Shown here in pieces: positions 48,541-54,417 of a stretch of DNA of 54,417 bases (positions are counted from its first letter, which is position 1; each line of letters starts with the position of its first letter). Source of the stretch: an uncultured Clostridia bacterium. GTDB lineage: Bacteria > Bacillota > Clostridia > Christensenellales > Borkfalkiaceae. A program made the translations under genes and the position numbers. The notes beneath the pieces were generated by a model. The model was not told the DNA's origin and made no database searches. It saw only the letters and a program-made list of their open reading frames with translations. The stretch covers positions 1-54,417 of the forward strand of contig CAYRAY010000001.1 in the NCBI GenBank assembly GCA_964422405.1, in the 5' to 3' direction.

Positions 48541-48569
48541 CGCATACCTGCCTATGCCGTTTTGATTTT

Positions 48570-49199
48570 TTAGTCGTCCTCGCAGTCTCCAAAAACAGAC
48601 AAAGCCGCCTTTGCCGCATCATACGAAAAGCCTTTGCCCAAAAGGTACCGATACGCCTTTTGCAAACCCTCTTTATCCGCCGCCTTGCCGCGCATATACT
48701 TTTCCAGAATCTGCTTAGCGGCTTCCGTTTCCGTGCCCTCGTCCACCGCCGAAAGCGCGGCGGCAATCTGCTCGTCCGCGACCCCCTTTCCGCGCAATTC
48801 CATACGGATCATACGGCTGCCCTTGCGCTTTGCGGCATATTCCACGTACGCCTCGGCATACTCCCCGTCGTTCAAAAAATCATAACCGCGCAACTTCTCC
48901 AACACGTAATCGACCACCGAGGGCAAATACCCCTTTTTCGTCAGATAATCGCGCATCTGCTTTTCCGTTTTTCGGGTGGCGGAAAGATGCCCCAACGCCT
49001 TGTCGAACGCGGTGTTCTTTTCGCTCTCCAACTGCATTTGCTCCAGCTCGGTTTCACTGACGATCTTGCCGACTTTCAACCTGTTTTTCACCACCGTTTC
49101 TAGGGTCAATCCGCAACAGAATCTGCCGTCCAAATAAATGTTACAGCGCGATTTATCCTTCGCTTGCGGCGTAATTTGCGTAATCTCGTTCACGGGCAT
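48570..49199 (-). CDS. recX: regulatory protein RecX
   Basis: 209 aa with a three-repeat helical RecX pattern: CNIYLDGRF, EKQMRDYLTKKGY and YLLGKGFSYD. Confidence 0.75.
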   Translation of the reverse strand: MPVNEITQITPQAKDKSRCNIYLDGRFCCGLTLETVVKNRLKVGKIVSETELEQMQLESEKNTAFDKALGHLSATRKTEKQMRDYLTKKGYLPSVVDYVLEKLRGYDFLNDGEYAEAYVEYAAKRKGSRMIRMELRGKGVADEQIAAALSAVDEGTETEAAKQILEKYMRGKAADKEGLQKAYRYLLGKGFSYDAAKAALSVFGDCEDD

Positions 49200-49322
49200 A
49201 CCTCCTCTTTTCGCTCACGGACAGTATACCAAATTTTCGCCCAAAAGTCAACTGCCGCAAACGTACAGAATACAGAAATCCGTCCGCCCCCAAAAAAATA
49301 TCCGTATCCCCCCGTTAAACGT

Positions 49323-49351
49323 TTCACATTTTTCGATTTTTATGCTACAAT
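49323..49351 (+). promoter_or_regulatory. promoter of the phosphoribosyltransferase gene
   Basis: TTCACA, 17 nt, TACAAT, with a TG at the extended -10 position. Confidence 0.55.
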
Positions 49352-49520
49352 ATATGCGAAAAACGGAATGTATCGGCAACGGAATCCGCCCTCCACCACA
49401 AACGGCGACAATCCCTTCCCCGACCCCGACGGCAACGCACACAGCGGCTACCCCTAAAAACGGCTATGCCAAAAGCACCCGCCGCCCCTTCCGTATCACG
49501 ATAAAAGGAGCGTTATTCCT

Positions 49521-50063
49521 ATGAAGTACCACACCGTAAACATTGCGGGCTTTGAAGCACAACTGCCCGTACTCCCCTTGCCCGGCGGCGTTTCCATCGC
49601 CTTTTTCAACCTGCACGGCGACAGCGTACTCACCGAGCACTGTGCCAAAGCACTCGCCCCCAAATTGAGCGACTGCGACGTGCTGATCACGGCGGAATCC
49701 AAGGGTCTGCAACTGACCCACTGCGTCGCAAGAGAGTTAGGGCACAGATACTACGCCGTAGCTAGAAAGACGAAAAAATTATATATGCAAGACGGCATCG
49801 AAATCACCATTCAGTCCTCGATCACGACGGGCAAGGAACAAAAATTATATCTTTCCAAGCACGACGTCGACTTGATTAAGGGCAAAAAAGTGGGCATCGT
49901 CGACGACGTCGTATCCACGGGCGCATCCCTTGCAGGGTTAGAAGAACTCGTACAAAAGGCAGGCGCAACCGTCCACAAAAAGGCGTTTGTCTTGGCGGAA
50001 GCAGACGCGGCGGACCGCAAGGACGTCATCTACCTTGCCAATATCCCCGTATTCAAAGATTAA
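49521..50063 (+). CDS. type I phosphoribosyltransferase (Apt/Xpt-like)
   Basis: 180 aa with the PRPP motif VGIVDDVVSTGAS. Confidence 0.7.
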   Translation: MKYHTVNIAGFEAQLPVLPLPGGVSIAFFNLHGDSVLTEHCAKALAPKLSDCDVLITAESKGLQLTHCVARELGHRYYAVARKTKKLYMQDGIEITIQSSITTGKEQKLYLSKHDVDLIKGKKVGIVDDVVSTGASLAGLEELVQKAGATVHKKAFVLAEADAADRKDVIYLANIPVFKD

Positions 50064-50195
50064 CCTCCCCTTCCCACTGCATACAAAACGGAAATAACGG
50101 CGGCTTTTTTATAAGGGCGTCCGTTGCATGATACCAAAATCCCAAGCGGCAACGAAGATTTTTTTCGTAGCCGCTCTTTTCTTTTTGTAAAAACA

Positions 50196-50224
50196 TTGCA
50201 TTTTTCTATTTTATAATGTATAAT
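50196..50224 (+). promoter_or_regulatory. promoter of the giant repeat-protein gene
   Basis: TTGCAT, 17 nt, TATAAT. Confidence 0.55.
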
Positions 50225-50331
50225 ATAGATAGTTACTATACCCGTCTACACGTTGTGACGTACGGAGGCTTTCCCCTCCGCCGCCCAACCTAGCCAAATG
50301 GCGGCAACACCGCCGCACAAGTTAAGGAGGT

Positions 50332-51887
50332 ACACCATGTCCGACAACACGGAAAACAAAGCAACCCAAGCGGCGCAGCCTACCGCGCAACCTGCCCCCA
50401 AACAGGCGCAACCGACCGCACAACAACCCGCACAGCCGCAACCCCAAGCAGCACAACAAAATCCGCAAGCGACACAAAAACAGTCCGCCCCTAACGGAGA
50501 AAAACCGAACGCCCAAAAACAGAGCGACCCAAAGCCGCAATCTTCGCCCCCGACCCGTCCGCAAGGCGAACGCCCCGACAAGCTCCGTAAAAAGAAAAAG
50601 AGAAAAACGGACTGGGGCGGCAGAATCATCACGGGCACGGTGGCAATCATCGTCGGCTTTGCAATCGGCGTCGGCTCGGTATACGGCACGGTGGCAGGCA
50701 TCGCCTACATGATCGGCTCGCAACCCGTCGACGAAAGCGTGCGCGTCATCGATACGTTGACAGGTCTGGATTTGTACTCCACGATCTTTGGCGAAGTGGA
50801 CGAAAACGGCAACTTGGTCAAAGGCGGCATTTTGGCAAAGAAGTACGAGTCGCTCAAACTCAAAGACTTGATTAACGACGTATCCGCCGCCATCGGCGGT
50901 TTGGTAAACGAAGGCACCACCCTCGGCGACGTCACGGAAATTTCCCCCTACGTCGGCGATACCGTGGATAAGCTTTTGAAAAGCATCGAAAAATATGGTA
51001 TTCCCTTCGAAAAAGAGGAACTCTTAAACGCGCCCTTCCAATCGAGCGGCGGCGACGAAATCCTCACCGACTACCTCCTTCGCTCCTTCATGCACGCTCC
51101 GGCAGGCGACACCATGTCCGACAACACGGAAAACAAAGCAACCCAAGCGGCGCAACCTACCGCGCAACCTGCCCCCAAACAGGCGCAACCGACCGCACAA
51201 CAACCCGCACAGCCGCAACCCCAAGCAGCACAACAAAATCCGCAAGCGACACAAAAACAGTCCGCCCCTAACGGAGAAAAACCGAACGCCCAAAAACAGA
51301 GCGACCCAAAGCCGCAATCTTCGCCCCCGACCCGTCCGCAAGGCGAACGCCCCGACAAGCTCCGTAAAAAGAAAAAGAGAAAAACGGACTGGGGCGGCAG
51401 AATCATCACGGGCACGGTGGCAATCATCGTCGGCTTTGCAATCGGCGTCGGCTCGGTATACGGCACGGTGGCAGGCATCGCCTACATGATCGGCTCGCAA
51501 CCCGTCGACGAAAGCGTGCGCGTCATCGATACGTTGACAGGTCTGGATTTGTACTCCACGATCTTTGGCGAAGTGGACGAAAACGGCAACTTGGTCAAAG
51601 GCGGCATTTTGGCAAAGAAGTACGAGTCGCTCAAACTCAAAGACTTGATTAACGACGTATCCGCCGCCATCGGCGGTTTGGTAAACGAAGGCACCACCCT
51701 CGGCGACGTCACGGAAATTTCCCCCTACGTCGGCGATACCGTGGATAAGCTTTTGAAAAGCATCGAAAAATATGGTATTCCCTTCGAAAAAGAGGAACTC
51801 TTAAACGCGCCCTTCCAATCGAGCGGCGGCGACGAAATCCTCACCGACTACCTCCTTCGCTCCTTCATGCACGCTCCGGCAGGCGAC
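50332..51887. repeat. tandem duplication, 2 x 777 bp, in frame, one mismatch
   Basis: 50332-51108 is repeated at 51109-51885 with 2 bp (AC) of junction microhomology. The only difference I found is G50378 versus A51155. Confidence 0.95.
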
Positions 51888-54417
51888 CTAATCAGCGCGC
51901 TTTTGGACGACGGCACCACCCTTTCCCCGATCATCACGGCATTCTGCTACGGCGCGGAAGGCATCGACTACGTGCTGGCAGAAGACGGTTCTATCGTCAT
52001 GTTAGAAGGCAAACATAAGGTCACCTTGCAAGACGTGTTCGGCGGCGACACCTTCGCCATGCTCAACAACGTGCCTATCGACCTCCTTCTCACCGTCGAT
52101 ACGTCCGATGCCTTGATGTGCGCATTCGCTTACGGAGAAAGCTATCGCTACACCCTCCTTTCCGAAGGCGGAGAAAGCAAGGTGCAAATGAACCAAGTCA
52201 CCTACACGTGGCAAAATTCCGCAAGCGGTTACCAATTTTTCGACCACGGCGACAAGATCACCTACGCAAAAGCCACGGTGGAAAATCACACGGCAACCTT
52301 GCAAATCGATACGGGCAAAACGGACGAAAATGCCTCCCCCGTCTACGAAACCCTCTACGTTGACCTCAACGATACGGACGGCAATGTTTGGTTAGATGCC
52401 GCCAAAACCCAACCCAAGCGTTACGGCAAAGTCACCATCGGCGGCTTGCAAGCGGACGCCATGGCAGTCATCGACGGCATCGCCCTGTCTGACGTGTTGA
52501 CGATTGACCCCGACGAGGCAGGTCCTCTCCAATCCATCGTCTTTGCGGCGGACGGCTCGCCCAGAACGATCGGTGACCTCCGCGCCAACAGCAACAATAT
52601 CGTAAACGACATCAAACTCACCGACGTGTTCGGCACCGACAATACCCAGCTCGATTCCATTCTGTATAAAACGGACGAACACGGCGAGTATATCTTGGTG
52701 AACGGCGAAAAACAACCCCGAACGATCGGCGATTTGCAAAACGATTCCGACCTACTGAACAACGTCAAAGTGGCGGATATCCTCGGCGTGACCTACGGCG
52801 ACGGCAGCCCGTTAGAGTCCATTCTCTTCAAAGAAAATCCCACCACCCACCAAATGCAGGCGCTTACCATCAAGCAGTTGGGCGAAGACGACGATCTCAT
52901 CAACGATATTCAGCTTGCCAAAGTGCTTTCCGTGGACAAAAACACCAACAAAGCCTTGCTTTCTATCATCTTTGACGGCGCGTATAACATCGAACTCGAC
53001 GGCTCGGTCAGCGGTACTTCCCGCACCCTCGGTCAGTTGGTTTCCGACCCCGACGTCATCAGCAACATCAAGCTTTGCGACGTGGTGGAAGTAGACGAAA
53101 ACACCAACAAGGCACTCCTTTCTATCCTCTACGAGGGCGGTGATACCTCCAAACCTCGTACGGTCAATGACCTCAGCCAAAACAGCAACGAAATTATCAA
53201 CGGCATCAAACTCTGCGACGTCATTCAGGTGGACGAAAGCGCCAACAAGGCAATCCTTTCTATCCTCTACGAGGGCGGCGATACCTCCAAGCCTCGCACG
53301 GTGCAAGACCTCAGCCAAAACAGCGACGACATTATCAACGGCATTAAGCTTTGCGACGTCATTCAACCCGACGCAAGCAACGCCATGCTCCACTCCTTGC
53401 TGTACGTAAACGGCGACACTTCCATGCCCCGTACCTTGGGCGATTTCTCCGCCAACAGCGAACAGATTATCAACGACATCAAACTTGCGGACGTGCTCCA
53501 AATCACCGATTCTTCGCACAAGGCGCTCATCTTCTTGGCGTACGGTTGCGATTCGACGAGTGGCACGCCGCGCACCCTCGGCGATATCCGTAATTCGGGC
53601 GATGCCCTCATCAACGATATCCCTCTCTCCTACGTCGTCCCTACGGACATGAACGACAAAATCACTTCCTATCTCCTCTACGGAACGCAAGGCGTGCATT
53701 ACACCGTCACGACGGAAGGCACGGCGCAAATGCTCCGTCGCGTGGTCGCGGTCAAAGGGGACACGGTGTATAACGAATACGGCGAAGCGTTGGCGGCGGA
53801 TCGCTACACCCTTTCGGGCAATACGTTTACCGAAAAGGGCACGGCGTACACCCTGACAGAAAGCGGACTTGCAGATACAACGTTGGCAGACGGCAGCACG
53901 GCAACCACCTATTATTTGTTGGATAGCCAAGGCAACGCCGTGTACTTTAAGGAACGGACAATCGCCAGCTTCTCGGGCACAGACAGCCCCGTTTCCACCC
54001 TCACCGCACATTTGACCGCTCGCGACGTGCTCGGCAGCTCGGTCGACGATAACGTCATGTTAAAACACCTTGCCGATACCCCCGTCAACCAGCTTTCCAC
54101 CGCAGTGAAAAAGCTCACCTTCGGGCAGGTGTTCGAGGATAAAATTTACAAAACGGACAGCGAAGGTCACCGCTCGCTCGATAGCATTTGGCGGTATATG
54201 ATGACGGACGAAACGGGCAGAGATATGTCCAACGAATACACCGTCGTGGACGATATGAACAAGCTTGTGGACAATATGAAAATCAACGTCAAAAAGGCGA
54301 CCTTGAACGAGTTGCAGACGGACGGTTTCATGTCCTTCCCGCAATCTACCCTCAACGCAAGCGTCACCACAAAGGTCACAATCAACGGCATTCCGTTAAA
54401 AATTGATTTCCACGATA
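50337..54417 (+). CDS. giant membrane-anchored repeat protein, more than 1360 aa, continuing past the right edge
   Basis: Not in the ORF track because there is no stop. ATG follows AAGGAGG, and I read the frame open to the window end. It has a Q/P-rich N-terminus, a KKKKRK patch, a TM helix IITGTVAIIVGFAIGVGSVYGTVAGIAYMIG, then about 8 degenerate 45-50-aa repeats (PRT.GDL..NS..IIN.IKL.DV....N.ALLSILY). Confidence 0.85.
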   Translation, partial: MSDNTENKATQAAQPTAQPAPKQAQPTAQQPAQPQPQAAQQNPQATQKQSAPNGEKPNAQKQSDPKPQSSPPTRPQGERPDKLRKKKKRKTDWGGRIITGTVAIIVGFAIGVGSVYGTVAGIAYMIGSQPVDESVRVIDTLTGLDLYSTIFGEVDENGNLVKGGILAKKYESLKLKDLINDVSAAIGGLVNEGTTLGDVTEISPYVGDTVDKLLKSIEKYGIPFEKEELLNAPFQSSGGDEILTDYLLRSFMHAPAGDTMSDNTENKATQAAQPTAQPAPKQAQPTAQQPAQPQPQAAQQNPQATQKQSAPNGEKPNAQKQSDPKPQSSPPTRPQGERPDKLRKKKKRKTDWGGRIITGTVAIIVGFAIGVGSVYGTVAGIAYMIGSQPVDESVRVIDTLTGLDLYSTIFGEVDENGNLVKGGILAKKYESLKLKDLINDVSAAIGGLVNEGTTLGDVTEISPYVGDTVDKLLKSIEKYGIPFEKEELLNAPFQSSGGDEILTDYLLRSFMHAPAGDLISALLDDGTTLSPIITAFCYGAEGIDYVLAEDGSIVMLEGKHKVTLQDVFGGDTFAMLNNVPIDLLLTVDTSDALMCAFAYGESYRYTLLSEGGESKVQMNQVTYTWQNSASGYQFFDHGDKITYAKATVENHTATLQIDTGKTDENASPVYETLYVDLNDTDGNVWLDAAKTQPKRYGKVTIGGLQADAMAVIDGIALSDVLTIDPDEAGPLQSIVFAADGSPRTIGDLRANSNNIVNDIKLTDVFGTDNTQLDSILYKTDEHGEYILVNGEKQPRTIGDLQNDSDLLNNVKVADILGVTYGDGSPLESILFKENPTTHQMQALTIKQLGEDDDLINDIQLAKVLSVDKNTNKALLSIIFDGAYNIELDGSVSGTSRTLGQLVSDPDVISNIKLCDVVEVDENTNKALLSILYEGGDTSKPRTVNDLSQNSNEIINGIKLCDVIQVDESANKAILSILYEGGDTSKPRTVQDLSQNSDDIINGIKLCDVIQPDASNAMLHSLLYVNGDTSMPRTLGDFSANSEQIINDIKLADVLQITDSSHKALIFLAYGCDSTSGTPRTLGDIRNSGDALINDIPLSYVVPTDMNDKITSYLLYGTQGVHYTVTTEGTAQMLRRVVAVKGDTVYNEYGEALAADRYTLSGNTFTEKGTAYTLTESGLADTTLADGSTATTYYLLDSQGNAVYFKERTIASFSGTDSPVSTLTAHLTARDVLGSSVDDNVMLKHLADTPVNQLSTAVKKLTFGQVFEDKIYKTDSEGHRSLDSIWRYMMTDETGRDMSNEYTVVDDMNKLVDNMKINVKKATLNELQTDGFMSFPQSTLNASVTTKVTINGIPLKIDFHD

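Noticed and set aside
52400-53650. Periodic DNA repeats of about 135-150 bp near the right end, as a non-coding repeat array.
   Set aside because: They are in frame within the giant ORF and correspond to its protein repeats.

Overview
This is a 54.4-kb chromosomal segment from a moderately GC-rich, endospore-forming Firmicute that looks Clostridia-like. It holds about 50 genes, mostly on the minus strand, and nearly all are housekeeping or sporulation genes. From left to right: ileS (left edge), a small HMA-like gene, aspS, pdxK, two lipoprotein genes, a CmpB-like membrane gene, a MATE pump, trpS, pyrB-C-F-K-(small membrane gene)-D-E, a metallophosphoesterase, a Cys-rich/LysM pair, spoVB/murJ, pgi, a solo mazF, spoIIE, an MsmX-like ABC ATPase, an aldo-keto reductase, yigZ, tyrS, a WYL regulator, murG-yunB, spoVAC-AD-AE, gpsA, mrnC-rlmB-sigH-dnaX-ybaB-recR, cwlD, nadD/yqeK-rsfS, birA and recX. 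A repeat protein of more than 1360 aa runs off the right edge. Both edge genes (ileS and the giant ORF) are missing from the supplied ORF track. I saw no rRNA, tRNA, CRISPR array, transposase, phage module or recognisable defence island, so I cannot point to a clear new protein system. What stands out is at the DNA level. (1) Three near-perfect tandem duplications (391, 230 and 777 bp): two frameshift conserved genes, including trpS, and one duplicates the N-terminus of the giant ORF in frame. (2) A strongly over-represented, strand-biased 11-12-mer family (CGCRTACCTGCC / CGCGTACATGG) found in genes, in several frames, and between genes, often as direct pairs phased exactly 31 bp apart. (3) A second dispersed repeat family with conserved arms and a covarying hairpin. 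(4) An orphan consensus promoter plus terminator unit that looks like an unclassified RNA of about 270 nt. T-box leaders precede ileS and tyrS. Functional readings of the repeats and the RNA are hypotheses only.
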